This document shows positions 10,013 through 20,080 of a DNA stretch of 64,000 nt, piece after piece. Numbering within the stretch: the stretch's first letter is position 1; the number at the start of each line of letters is the position of its first letter. Location of the stretch: contig LJUY01000007.1 in assembly GCA_001304015.1 (NCBI GenBank), forward strand, positions 10,314 to 74,313, in the 5' to 3' direction. This DNA comes from a candidate division Zixibacteria bacterium SM23_81. GTDB taxonomy: Bacteria; SM23-81. The notes beneath the pieces are model-generated. The model saw nothing but the letters and a program-made list of their open reading frames with translations, made no database searches and had not been told where the DNA came from. Position numbers and translations under genes: made by a program.

Positions 10013-10764
10013 TTTTTCGCTTCACGAAAATGTTCGCGAAACAGATTTGCAAGCTCAGTGCGTAATTCGGTTAAGGTACTAAAATACGGGTCTATTTCGC
10101 TGATTTGCTGACAGAGATCAGCATATGCGCCGTCGAAGCCATCCAACCAATGCTGAAAGTCATCAATAGCGTCAGGTGATCGGCGGCAGGCGTCGATGAA
10201 ATGGTAAAAAATGCTGCCCACTGACACAGTTGGTAAAACCGTCACAAATTCTTGAGGCTTAAGGACCTTGCGATGTGTATCGAAAATAATTATCTGTGAT
10301 CGGATGAAATCAAATCGGTCGTCTCTTTTAGCCCAAGGTATAAAATCACTTTCATCCAATCTCTCCTCAATAGCCTCGATCAGTTCTTGCCGTAGATCCT
10401 CCAGTGAAGAAAACTCTGTGGGATCGATAATGCTTAAACGTTCGGCGAGCTTTTTATCGTGAAGGCTGTGCGCTGCCCAGGCGGCAAAGTCGTTGTTGTA
10501 TTCGGGATCATCAAATCGCGGGCGAAGAAGGCCGCCCCAAAAATGATAGTAGATGCTGCCAGGATGAATGGTCTGCAGATCGTCCCTCAGTTCTCGAAGA
10601 TTCTGGGCCTGCTTGCCGGTGGCTATTGCAATTAGGGCACAATCTTTGATGAAGAAAGGTTCATTTTGGAGTTTTCTAGAGGCCATTTGAATCTCGCTTA
10701 GGTGACGATGTTTCAGATCTTCTGTCTTAATATCTGCTCTGAAAGGAAAAAAGCGTTCTCTCAA
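10009..10764 (-). CDS. DUF5752-family protein (partner of TreT)
   Basis: Two internal repeats with SIYYHF/SIFYHF and NDFAAW/DDFQHW; translationally coupled to treT. True start may be ATG 10686. Confidence 0.75.
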   Translation of the reverse strand: MRERFFPFRADIKTEDLKHRHLSEIQMASRKLQNEPFFIKDCALIAIATGKQAQNLRELRDDLQTIHPGSIYYHFWGGLLRPRFDDPEYNNDFAAWAAHSLHDKKLAERLSIIDPTEFSSLEDLRQELIEAIEERLDESDFIPWAKRDDRFDFIRSQIIIFDTHRKVLKPQEFVTVLPTVSVGSIFYHFIDACRRSPDAIDDFQHWLDGFDGAYADLCQQISEIDPYFSTLTELRTELANLFREHFREAKK

Positions 10765-10998
10765 TAGGGGTCATGCACTCATATTTTCCCGCTTTGAGCT
10801 GAGATTGTAACGGGCTGAAGGCAAGACAGCATTTCCATCTGGTCGGCATCGATATGCTCATATGCCCGCGTTCATCTAGGAGTCAAAACTTTGAGGACGG
10901 GCAATAGCACAGCGTCCAGGTGAAGATAAAGATCAAAGGGTTTCAGGGCCCGGATAAGAATCGGAGACGTCTTAGGATGATTTTCGTTGCAAGAGCTA

Positions 10999-12567
10999 TT
11001 ATTCCTGCCTCTCCTCCTCGAACTTAAATCTCTTCTCCCGGAAAAGCTTCAGGCAAACGTCGACCACCTGGGGATCATAACTGGTCCCCTTGTGCTGAGC
11101 GATTTCCTCCAAGGCTCTCTTTAAACCAGGTGCCTGGCGGTAGGACCGGTGAGAGACCATGCCCTCTACGACGTCTGCTACAGCAAGAATTCTGGCCGGC
11201 AAAAGTGTCTCTTCTCCAACCAGCCCATTGGGATATCCCGAGCCGTCCATCCTCTCGTGATGTTGAAGCACCATTTCGGCCACCGGCCATGGGAATTCGA
11301 TGGGCTTCAATATGTCGTAACCGACTTGCGGGTGAGTTTTGATCATATCGAACTCTTTCAGCGTCAGCTGGCCGGGCTTAATGAGGATATCGGCGGGCAC
11401 AGTCACCTTGCCGATGTCGTGAACCAGACCCGCCATGTGAAGTCCCTCGATTTCCTCCTCGGACAGGCCTAACTCTTCGGCGATAGCGCAGGCGAGTTGG
11501 GTAACCCTCCTTTGATGACCAATGGTATAGGGATCTCTCATCTCCACTGATGATGCCAGAGCGTCCACTGTTGACTGGAGGATCTTCAGTGATTTCTGGA
11601 AGCTATGTTTGGTTTCTTCTTGAGCTTGCTTATGTTGGATGGAAAGTCCTATCTGGGCCGACAGGAACTCCAAAATCTCCAGATCTTTTTCATCATAAGC
11701 TCTCTCGTCCGAGTAACTCTGAACTGCCAAGACGGCGCCGATCTCTTGCCCTATTTTTATAGGAACTCCAAGCCAGACCTTTGGTGGCGTCCCAACAGCT
11801 TCCACTTCACCCAACTGAATCAGCCTGTGGATCTCCTCGCTGGTGGCAAGGAGCGCTTTTTCATTCTTTAGGACATAGGCCGTAAGGGTCTTCCCCGCCG
11901 GAAAGGTTTCCAGTTGCTCTTTTTGGTCACGGTAATAGGGAAGAGAAAAAGTCTTGCTTTCTCTGTCATAGAGGGCGATAGAAAAGTTTTTGGTGTTGAC
12001 GATGGCACTCAAGTCTTGGTGGATGGTCCCTAACAAATCTTTGAGGTCCTCTGTTGTGTGAGCAGCGTTGGCGATTCGATAAAGCACTCGCTGAATGTCT
12101 CTGGCACGCCGTCGCTGGGAGATGTCTACGACGGCTCCCATCACCGCGGGCTTCCCTCCGTAGTCGATATGTTTGGCGAACATCTCCAGCCAACGTACAG
12201 AACCATCTTTTTGGACTCCACGATACTCGTGGTTGGGCGTGGTCGGCTTGCCTTGCAAGTGTTCCTGAAGGCGCTGCCAGAAGTTGTGCTGATCGTCTTG
12301 GTGGATCATCGCCGTGACGTCCTCGGCCGAGAGAGACATCAGCTCGTCAAGGCTGTATCCGCTGATCTCGGAAAAAGCGGTGTTGGCAAAAACGATGTGA
12401 GAATCCTGGATGATGACGACCCCTTGGGGTAAATCCTCTACCGAAGCCCGAGGCATCTCTTCGATCAGTTCAGGCTCGGCTCCGGTACCTTTCAGCTCAG
12501 CGATCCATTTACGCAATGCTGCCAGTTCATCTAAAAGTTGCTCTTTTGTCTTATCTTCGTCCTTCAT
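10999..12567 (-). CDS. PAS-GAF-HD-GYP cyclic-dinucleotide phosphodiesterase
   Basis: MKDEDKTKEQL coiled N-terminus, PAS (ANTAFSEISGYS...KDGSVRW), GAF, RDPYTIGHQRRV, HDIGK, HHERMDGSGYP. Confidence 0.92.
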   Translation of the reverse strand: MKDEDKTKEQLLDELAALRKWIAELKGTGAEPELIEEMPRASVEDLPQGVVIIQDSHIVFANTAFSEISGYSLDELMSLSAEDVTAMIHQDDQHNFWQRLQEHLQGKPTTPNHEYRGVQKDGSVRWLEMFAKHIDYGGKPAVMGAVVDISQRRRARDIQRVLYRIANAAHTTEDLKDLLGTIHQDLSAIVNTKNFSIALYDRESKTFSLPYYRDQKEQLETFPAGKTLTAYVLKNEKALLATSEEIHRLIQLGEVEAVGTPPKVWLGVPIKIGQEIGAVLAVQSYSDERAYDEKDLEILEFLSAQIGLSIQHKQAQEETKHSFQKSLKILQSTVDALASSVEMRDPYTIGHQRRVTQLACAIAEELGLSEEEIEGLHMAGLVHDIGKVTVPADILIKPGQLTLKEFDMIKTHPQVGYDILKPIEFPWPVAEMVLQHHERMDGSGYPNGLVGEETLLPARILAVADVVEGMVSHRSYRQAPGLKRALEEIAQHKGTSYDPQVVDVCLKLFREKRFKFEEERQE

Positions 12568-12903
12568 TTTGCCGGCCTCCTGAAACTGGGCAGCAGTTCC
12601 CTGTGGCAGTCGTGCAGGGAAAGTAACCAGAACTGGAAACTTCTTTTTAACTCTTCATTTTTAGGAAACTTAAACACATCAGCTATTTGGCGAGTAAAAG
12701 AACACTCCTTCATAACCTGAAAGAAACAGTTCATCAGCTGCAATAACCTTCGAGCTCTCTAGGGGCAGACGTAATGGCAGAAGGAACAGAAAGCGTTCAT
12801 ACCTCACTGATCTCGCTAGGAATCTCTTTGTTCATTCCCTCTGTCTGGGCGCCCCAATTTCTCAACAACCAAAGTCGTTCGTCGAACACTTGGCACAATC
12901 AGC

Positions 12904-13395
12904 TTACCAGCTGGTTAGGATGTGGTCGTCGTATTCGGACTCCAGCTTGTGCTTGTGCTTGGCTTCTTCCTGAGCCAAGACCCGAAAAAGTTTTGCAAGC
13001 CCCGGGTCAGAGGTCATATTGGCCAAGTCGGAGTAAAGTCTATGAGCTTCCTCCTCCTTCTTCATGGCCACAATAAGGATCTGCTGGTAGTCCAGATCGG
13101 GGCCAAAGGGAACATCTTCGGTGTACTGGCTGATTTTCAGGTCCGGAACATTCTCTATAGGAAAGGACTCGATGTCTCCCTGTTTCAATGCATCCAACAT
13201 CTTGAAATGCTTTCGCTCCTCAGCAGCCATCTCCTGAAACATAACCTTAGATCCAGGATTTTTAGCCACTTGACCGGCCGATTCGTAGAAGTGAATGGCA
13301 GCGTCCTCTTTCTGCTTGGCAAAACTGATGGCTTCCTCAAAGGTGTTAATCTCCATACCTGACTCCTTTTGGGGCAAAAATATGTCGTCCGCCAT
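12904..13395 (-). CDS. Ferritin-like/rubrerythrin-family di-iron protein
   Basis: Paired E...EExxH motifs (EERKH, EEAKH). Confidence 0.85.
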   Translation of the reverse strand: MADDIFLPQKESGMEINTFEEAISFAKQKEDAAIHFYESAGQVAKNPGSKVMFQEMAAEERKHFKMLDALKQGDIESFPIENVPDLKISQYTEDVPFGPDLDYQQILIVAMKKEEEAHRLYSDLANMTSDPGLAKLFRVLAQEEAKHKHKLESEYDDHILTSW

Positions 13396-13413
13396 GAATT
13401 ACTCTTTAACGTG

Positions 13414-13935
13414 TTACCATGATCTGCTTTTTCCGGTCTTTGTCAGTTTGATCATCTCCCGGGAAAAGGCCGGGAGATCCGAGGGCTGGCGGGAGGTGAT
13501 CAGATTTCCATCTACCACCACCTCTTGGTCTCGATAATTCGCCCCGGAGGATACCAACTCCCCTTTGGTGCTGCGGTAGCCTGTGACCTCTCGGTCCTTC
13601 AGCAGTCCAGCGGCGGCCAGGATCACTGGGCCGTGGCAGATGGCGGCCACAGGCTTTTTCTCGGCGAAGAAATGCCTGGCGATGGCCCATGCTCTCTGTT
13701 CTTTTTTCAGGCGCTCTGGGGCCTTGCCTCCGGGCAAGACCAAAAGATCATACTCCTCAGGTTTGACTTCGTCGAGGCTCAGGTCAACTGTAATGGCATA
13801 CCCGTGTTTGCCGGTGATGGTGCCCTTGGAGAAGGAGGTCACATGGACCTCGAACCCCTCCTCCTTGAGACGGTAATACGGATAGAGAAGCTCGGTGTCC
13901 TCGAAATGGTTTGCGCTGATGATCAAAACCTTCAT
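13414..13935 (-). CDS. pfpI: PfpI/DJ-1 family (type 1 glutamine amidotransferase-like) protein
   Basis: FEDTEL, LPGG, AAICHGP, VVVDGNLITSR. Confidence 0.9.
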   Translation of the reverse strand: MKVLIISANHFEDTELLYPYYRLKEEGFEVHVTSFSKGTITGKHGYAITVDLSLDEVKPEEYDLLVLPGGKAPERLKKEQRAWAIARHFFAEKKPVAAICHGPVILAAAGLLKDREVTGYRSTKGELVSSGANYRDQEVVVDGNLITSRQPSDLPAFSREMIKLTKTGKSRSW

Positions 13936-13958
13936 TGGAATGGCACCTCCTGCCAGGA

Positions 13959-14495
13959 TTAGCCCTCGAAGTGGGGCCGTTCCTCTCGGACGAACCAGTC
14001 CGCCGGATTTTCCAGGTAGTCGCGGGTCTCCTTCAGAAAGGCGTAATGCTCATTTTCCTGTTCCAGCATGAATTGATAGAGCTTTCTGGCCATGTCATCT
14101 GAGGTGTCCTTGATGAGCCGCTGATACATATTGTAGGCCTTCTGTTCCAGCTCCATGGCCGCCTCATAGGCCTCCAGACTTCCCGCATCGGCCTTGATCG
14201 TCTCGTCCATGTCTTGGCAAGCTTTTTTGAACACATTCTCGAGCCTTGTCTTCGCGTGAGGTTTATCCTCGAGCAAACCTCCCAGCTCCTGACACGTGCC
14301 CTTCTCTTGAAGCGCGCAGTAAAAGGCCTTAATGGTCTCGATGTGAACCAGCTCTTCGTCAGCCAGGGTTTCGAAGACCGATTTGGCCAGTGGATTCGCT
14401 GAACGCCGTGCAGCTGCCTTATAGAAAGCTCCGCCATCCTGTTCCGTCTTGATGGCGGTGCTCAGGGATTCCAATTCCTCTTGCGTCGTGCTCAT
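13959..14495 (-). CDS. Ferritin-like/rubrerythrin-family protein
   Basis: AIKTE...EELVH and AMELE...QENEH; likely start ATG 14495 after GGAGG. Confidence 0.83.
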   Translation of the reverse strand: MSTTQEELESLSTAIKTEQDGGAFYKAAARRSANPLAKSVFETLADEELVHIETIKAFYCALQEKGTCQELGGLLEDKPHAKTRLENVFKKACQDMDETIKADAGSLEAYEAAMELEQKAYNMYQRLIKDTSDDMARKLYQFMLEQENEHYAFLKETRDYLENPADWFVREERPHFEG

Positions 14496-14539
14496 GTATC
14501 TCCTCCCGTCAGTGATAGTGAATGAGAAAAACGAGACCT

Positions 14540-14958
14540 TCACCTGTCCTTGATCTCGATGAGGATGCCGTCGGGATCGCGAATAAAATAGACCAGATGG
14601 GCCTTCCGCACCACCTCGATCACCTGAGCGCCCTTCTCCTTGGCCTCCTGGCAGAAAGCTCCTTTGTTCCCAACCTCCAGACCGAAATGGTTGATGCGGG
14701 GATCAGGGGAAAGGGGCCTTGATCTTGCATTTTTTGGTCGGAATGGAACAGCTCTAGCACCACCTTGTCCCGGCGATAGACCTCCGCCGTGTAGGCCGTG
14801 TCTTGACCGAAGATGTGATGCATGATCTTGGCGGGTACATGGTAGCTGTCCTGTTTTTCAAAGCCTAAGACGCGGCGGTAGAATCGACTTAAGCGCTCTA
14901 GGTCTGTCACCCATAGGCCAATATGCTGAACCCGTAATGCAATTGATTCCTCATTCAT
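14540..14958 (-). pseudogene. VOC/glyoxalase-family gene with a one-base frameshift
   Basis: N-half HIGLWVTDLERLSRFYRRVLGF...LELF. The C-half INHFGLEV...YFIRDPDGILIEIKDR* lies in another frame ending at TGA 14540-14542; shift at ~14700-14740. Confidence 0.78.
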
Positions 14959-15040
14959 ATCGATTCCAGGATGTGTCTTGAGAGCGTGTCCTCCAATATC
15001 CCCAGACTTCTCCAGCCGAGCTTTCCGATCCGATGTCAGG

Positions 15041-16159
15041 TTAGATTCCTAGCTCCGTTCGCGTCCTCAGTCGTCGCAGAATATTACCCCGTTGAAGAAT
15101 TCCGATGACCCTCTCGTTCTCCACCACGGGCAGCTGCCCCACGTCCTTCTCGCTGAGACGCTGCAGGATGATGTTGCCATCGTCGTCGGGGGCGATGATC
15201 TCCAGTTCTTCGCGGGGAGTCATGGCCTGGCGAATGGTGGTGGAAGCCCACTGTTCCCGGGCCACCTTTTTGATGTCTCCCAAGCCGACCATACCCTCCA
15301 GCCGGCCGGCATCGGTCACCACGAAGGTATGTCGATGTCGCCCCAGGATATGGTCCTCGACGAGATCCTGTAGAGAGAGGTCGCCGGCGACGGTCTCGAA
15401 ATCCTTGGTCATGAGGTCTTCGGCCCTCAGGCCCCGCAGCATCTCTCGCATTAATACATGGTGGTAGCCGCGGACTGCGGCGCTGTGCAGAAACCAGCCG
15501 ATAAAGATGAGCCAAAGGCCGTTGACGAAAAGTCCTGCAAAGATCTGCCGGAGACCGATGAAGATCAACAGAAATGCAACTCCCTGCCCCGTCAGGGAGG
15601 CGACACGGGTGGCCTTCTTTAAATTTCCTGTCATTCCCCAGACAATGGCTCGCAGAACTCGACCGCCGTCAAGGGGAAAGCCGGGGACCATGTTGAAGAC
15701 CGCCAGGATGGCGTTGATCATGGCCAGATAGCGCCCCAGGGCCGCCAGGGGCTGACTGGTAGTCTGAAATACAAGCCACCAGATTGCGAAAAAAGCGGCT
15801 ATCATAAGGCTGGAGAGGGGCCCGGCGATGGCCATTGTGAATTCTTTAGCCGGCCTGTCGGGCTCCTCGGTGATCTGGGCCACGCCACCGAATATGAATA
15901 AGGTAATATTACGAACCTTTTCCCCCTGCCGGATGGCCACCAGGGAATGGGTTAACTCATGGGCCAAGACCGATCCGAAGAAGAGGAAGCTGGTCACCAG
16001 ACCGATGAGCCAATGCATGCCGGAGCTCCAACTGGGATATTGCCTGGGGAAATAGGAGCCCCCCAGAGTGAAGGTGATCAAGGCGAAGATGACTAGCCAG
16101 CTGGGGTCGATATTCACCTCCACCCCCAGGATTTTTCCCAGGCGCCAGGAGCTTCTCAT
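15041..16159 (-). CDS. Site-2 protease (M50) with CBS pair
   Basis: HELTH, AIAGP, FNMVPGFPLDGGR, C-terminal CBS domains; likely start ATG 16159. Confidence 0.92.
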   Translation of the reverse strand: MRSSWRLGKILGVEVNIDPSWLVIFALITFTLGGSYFPRQYPSWSSGMHWLIGLVTSFLFFGSVLAHELTHSLVAIRQGEKVRNITLFIFGGVAQITEEPDRPAKEFTMAIAGPLSSLMIAAFFAIWWLVFQTTSQPLAALGRYLAMINAILAVFNMVPGFPLDGGRVLRAIVWGMTGNLKKATRVASLTGQGVAFLLIFIGLRQIFAGLFVNGLWLIFIGWFLHSAAVRGYHHVLMREMLRGLRAEDLMTKDFETVAGDLSLQDLVEDHILGRHRHTFVVTDAGRLEGMVGLGDIKKVAREQWASTTIRQAMTPREELEIIAPDDDGNIILQRLSEKDVGQLPVVENERVIGILQRGNILRRLRTRTELGI

Positions 16160-16296
16160 ATTTTTCTCTTTCAGTGGGATGAAATGGGGCGGCCTCGCGG
16201 GCGAGACACAAGCCAGGAGTTTCTTCAAAGGTAGGAATTTTTCAGTGGTATGTCAAGAGCTATCCAGGAGGATCGAGGAAGGCCGCAAATGAGGGA

Positions 16297-18591
16297 TCAT
16301 TTTCCCATGACCAACCGAAAATCTCTCTTGATCTTCCCCTGCTTGACCACCTTAAGGGTCGTCTGGAAGACATCGTATCCGGGGCGATGAACGGTGATGA
16401 TCCTGGTACCCGGCTCCACGCAGACGAATCGGTAGGCTCCATTGGATCCCGTTTGCAGAGCAAAGGCATTATCCAGTACCACAAGGGCTCCCTCAATGGG
16501 TTTGCCCTGCTCATCGGTGATGGTGCCTGCGATGGCGCCGGTCGTCTCCAGGTCTAAGCCAAAATCCTCTAACAGGCCGCAGAAGATGGCATAGGCCTCC
16601 TGGCGCAAAGTGGCTGTGTCTTTCAGCCTCTCCTCGGCCGCAGGATCTGTGACCACTGTGGGGGTTGCCAGGGCTCGGTCCACCCAGGCCTCGATCATGA
16701 GGTAAGAGGACCACTCATGGGCTCCCAAATTTTTTGTTCCCAAATACCAAACTAGGTGTTTCTGGATTCGCTCAGCCAGGGCTTTGCCCTCTCCGTCGGT
16801 GTAAAAATAATAGGATCGCGAGCCGTCCTCGTCTATGTAGGGGTTGCTGTGAGAGATGGAGACCAATTTGTTGGGCATGAGATTGCGGACAAAGCGGGTT
16901 CTCATCACGGGGTCTATGGTCTCGGCGAACTGGGTCCTGGTCATATGGACGGTGGCTCCCGCAGCGATGAGGTACTCTCGGAGATATTGAGCCACCCGTA
17001 AGTTGATATCGGAGGCCTTTAGGCCTGTGGGACCCACTGCTCCGGGCTCGTCGCCACCATATTCCGCATCGATGACCACAGACTTGTCCAGAAGCAATCC
17101 ACCGTATAGGGGCGTCATGGCGATATCTTGATGTTGGCCAGCGTTCTTTCTTACCTTGATCGAGTCTTCATGGCTCAGGTAGCCGGGACATTTCACCATG
17201 AGTGGATATGAACCAGGGTCTAAGTTTTCAAACAGGTAGAAGCCACCCTGGTCTGTCTGGGCCATCTTGTCGGCCAATTTCACCCAGGCTTCCGGCACCG
17301 GGTGCTGATTTGTTCCATCGGTGATCATGCCCGTAACCAGGGCAGGACTGGTGGAGTCGAACTGAACCTCCACGCGGTCGTAGAGATTTCCGCAAGTGGC
17401 GAAGATGAGGGCTTTTCCCTTTGGATTCTGGACCTTTAGATATGTGCTGACATGACCGCCTGCGGTGCTGTCTGTCGAGGAACTGGGCGAACCCCGGTCG
17501 GTGACAAAAGAGACCTTTGTGCCCTCTGCCACGGGATGTCCATTTCTGTCCCTCACAGAGGCCCGAGCTCCAACGACGAAGGTACCCTTCACAGGAGCCC
17601 ACAGAGGTGCACAGCTCAATTGAAGATTGGCTGGTGGGAGGTCCACGGTAAACTCTTTCTGCAGCGGTTTGGTGGCATTTCCCTTGCGGTTCCGAGCTAG
17701 GAGGAAAAGTGTGTGTGTGCCGCTGGCCAGAGGTTGGAGAGATGAAGCGGTCAGCAATCCCGTTTGATGATCGAAATGGTAAAGAAGCTGTTCATCGTCT
17801 ACTTTCAACTCTATAGTTGCCGGATCGATGCCCAAACCTCCCTCCTCGTCGAGAATGGTGGCTTGAACTGTAAGGAGTCCTGTATGGGCGACATCCTGGT
17901 TGATCTGAAACTCTGAAATAATGGGGATCCCGCCATCAAAGTAATTCTTGATTCCCTCGTAATAGGCCTGGGCTTCCTCTTTTTGATGTTCTTCTGTTTT
18001 CAACTTGGCCTCTCGTTCAGGATTGCTGATGTACGAGGGCTCGCCCAGAACACAGGGCTCGTCGTTGTTGCGGGTGACATAATAGATGGCCGGGCGGACG
18101 GGAAGTTGGGATAATCCGATGTGTTTGTGGAAAGCGGCGTAGAGATGGTTGGCCACATCCCGAGAGGGGCCGTCGCTCCACCAGTAGTAGTACAACTCCG
18201 AGCGATCGACGGCTCGGTCTACCTGGGCGTTGGCATTGTGGTGCAGTGAGACGAACAAGTCGGGCTTTCGCTTTTTGGTAAAGGCCACCCGATCCTGCAA
18301 GGAGATCGTCTGATTATCTCGTTCCCGCGTCATATAGACCTTGGCTCCGTCCTTTTCCAGCATCTCTTTCAGCCTTTTGCTGACCTTCAGGTTAGGAGTT
18401 TTCTCTTCCAACCCGTTGAGACCCACGGCTCCTAAATGCTCACCCCCATGGCCTGCATCGAGAACGATCTTTTTTCCGGCAAGACCCACACCCCGTTGCC
18501 TTCCGCCGATGATGGCGCAGGAGGTAACCAGGATGGGGACGATCAGCAGGATGAGGAAAATGGAACCTGCAGAGGGATGAGATATGCTCAT
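16297..18591 (-). CDS. N-acetylmuramoyl-L-alanine amidase with two Amidase_3 domains (second degenerate) and Ig/carboxypeptidase-regulatory domains; possible lipoprotein
   Basis: Domain 1: LDAGHGG, EKTPNL, SLHHNA, LGEPSY. Domain 2: IDAEYGG, ASDINL, SISHSN. Possible lipobox VTSC. Confidence 0.87.
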   Translation of the reverse strand: MSISHPSAGSIFLILLIVPILVTSCAIIGGRQRGVGLAGKKIVLDAGHGGEHLGAVGLNGLEEKTPNLKVSKRLKEMLEKDGAKVYMTRERDNQTISLQDRVAFTKKRKPDLFVSLHHNANAQVDRAVDRSELYYYWWSDGPSRDVANHLYAAFHKHIGLSQLPVRPAIYYVTRNNDEPCVLGEPSYISNPEREAKLKTEEHQKEEAQAYYEGIKNYFDGGIPIISEFQINQDVAHTGLLTVQATILDEEGGLGIDPATIELKVDDEQLLYHFDHQTGLLTASSLQPLASGTHTLFLLARNRKGNATKPLQKEFTVDLPPANLQLSCAPLWAPVKGTFVVGARASVRDRNGHPVAEGTKVSFVTDRGSPSSSTDSTAGGHVSTYLKVQNPKGKALIFATCGNLYDRVEVQFDSTSPALVTGMITDGTNQHPVPEAWVKLADKMAQTDQGGFYLFENLDPGSYPLMVKCPGYLSHEDSIKVRKNAGQHQDIAMTPLYGGLLLDKSVVIDAEYGGDEPGAVGPTGLKASDINLRVAQYLREYLIAAGATVHMTRTQFAETIDPVMRTRFVRNLMPNKLVSISHSNPYIDEDGSRSYYFYTDGEGKALAERIQKHLVWYLGTKNLGAHEWSSYLMIEAWVDRALATPTVVTDPAAEERLKDTATLRQEAYAIFCGLLEDFGLDLETTGAIAGTITDEQGKPIEGALVVLDNAFALQTGSNGAYRFVCVEPGTRIITVHRPGYDVFQTTLKVVKQGKIKRDFRLVMGK

Positions 18592-18832
18592 GGCAATCTT
18601 CCTGTGGAGGGTGAGCTTTAGGGGCTAAAGGAGAGATGGGATATGAGATCGAAAATTGGTGTTGTATAAGATTATCGAAGCTCGTCCCTTGAGGGTCGAG
18701 ACCCGAAACTTAAATCAAGAATTGCCATTCGGGGATTTCAGCATCAGAAGATGCCTCCTACAGAGTCTCCTCACAGGGGTAGTAGACTCTTACATTCCCG
18801 CCACTTTGTTTGCTCTAATTCTTGATTTCATC

Positions 18833-18952
18833 TTGTCATTGCTGCGAATGCAGGAATCTCACAATAGAAGATCTCCCCACAGTTGCTGCTGTCCCTGAGA
18901 TGCCTGTCCCCGCTCCTCGCTTTCGCGGGGAAAAGTTGAGCAGGCATGACAA
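18833..18952. repeat. Degenerate TGTCAT...ATGACA REP-like element
   Basis: TTGTCATTGCTGCGAATGCAGGAATCTCA ... TGAGATGCCTG ... CAGGCATGACAA, with an inner CCCCGC/GCGGGG hairpin. Confidence 0.6.
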
Positions 18953-18988
18953 CTTTTAATTGCCAACATCCACAAGGAGCGAGGAGGG

Positions 18989-20038
18989 TTATGAACGAAG
19001 CTTGGTGCTCGTTTTCACGCGAAGAAAGGGGATTGTTCCCAGAAGAGCATCTTTCCCGAAAAGACCCCGGGAAAATCCCGATTCTATTTTAAGATTGGCA
19101 GTAGGGATAAAGATGGCAATTCCAGGACTCACCGTAAATCTGTGCTGCCCGTCATCGGTTTTCCAACCTTCCTCGCTTTTGGAGGCAGTTATGGAATACC
19201 CATTAAATTCCAGAACGGCAGAGACGGAGGGAGAAAAAGCTCGGACCAAGGCGATATCATAAGAATACACATCCCCGAGATACAAATCCCCAAAGCCTAT
19301 CTCATAAGTATAATAATGGCGATACGCGGCTTCAGTTTTGCCGGTCGCCACATAGCCAAAGTTAGCATAGATTTTAAGGCTTTTCAAATCAGCACTATCA
19401 TACGCCATATATGCTATGAATGCGAAGTCTGTGCTGCCTGTGCCGGTGGGAAGCTCTTCATATGCGTTTAGATACCGGTGGGGTAGCCAATCGCCGGGGT
19501 AATAGATGTAATATCCTTCATTAGTATCAAATGATCGCAGGCGATGATCTCCCGTCGGCAATTTGATCCCCGCTCCTAAAGATATTCGTATCGGTCCAGC
19601 TAAAGATCCAAAAGGATCGGCTCGTAATCTGAGCAGGAGGTCGCCGAATCTCTTGTTGTCGAGTTTGCCAACGGGCCGAGGGCCTTCTAGTTTCCTCCAG
19701 ATAAAGGGAGCTCTGAGTCCAATTTCAACATTCGCCGTGAGGCCATAATTCATTTCCAGGAAGTGGACCAATCGTGAGTAATCGTATGGCTCTAAATCTC
19801 TGATTGTCCCCGACGAGTTCAAGTACCAATTGTAGTCGCAGTATCGCAGTTCGTTTGTAATCCTAAGGGTACCTTTCGCCGTCAGCGTCACATCGCCTAT
19901 ACCTAGGGGCTCACCATAGGTGCCACGGATATAATCCCCGACTGGAAATAGTGACGGATTTGGGATAGGATCAGCAAGAACACTTGGAGAGAGGGTAACG
20001 CACAATAAAAACGACAGGAGGAATATCAAGTTGCGCAT
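18989..20038 (-). CDS. Putative outer-membrane beta-barrel ('transporter'/MetA-pathway-like)
   Basis: Signal peptide; YGLTANVEIGLRAPF, FGDLLL, LGAGIKLPTGD, LPTGTGSTD; amphipathic strands. Confidence 0.6.
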   Translation of the reverse strand: MRNLIFLLSFLLCVTLSPSVLADPIPNPSLFPVGDYIRGTYGEPLGIGDVTLTAKGTLRITNELRYCDYNWYLNSSGTIRDLEPYDYSRLVHFLEMNYGLTANVEIGLRAPFIWRKLEGPRPVGKLDNKRFGDLLLRLRADPFGSLAGPIRISLGAGIKLPTGDHRLRSFDTNEGYYIYYPGDWLPHRYLNAYEELPTGTGSTDFAFIAYMAYDSADLKSLKIYANFGYVATGKTEAAYRHYYTYEIGFGDLYLGDVYSYDIALVRAFSPSVSAVLEFNGYSITASKSEEGWKTDDGQHRFTVSPGIAIFIPTANLKIESGFSRGLFGKDALLGTIPFLRVKTSTKLRS

Positions 20039-20080
20039 GACCTTCCCCCTTTCCCTTTGGATCCACTGAACTCCCCACCC

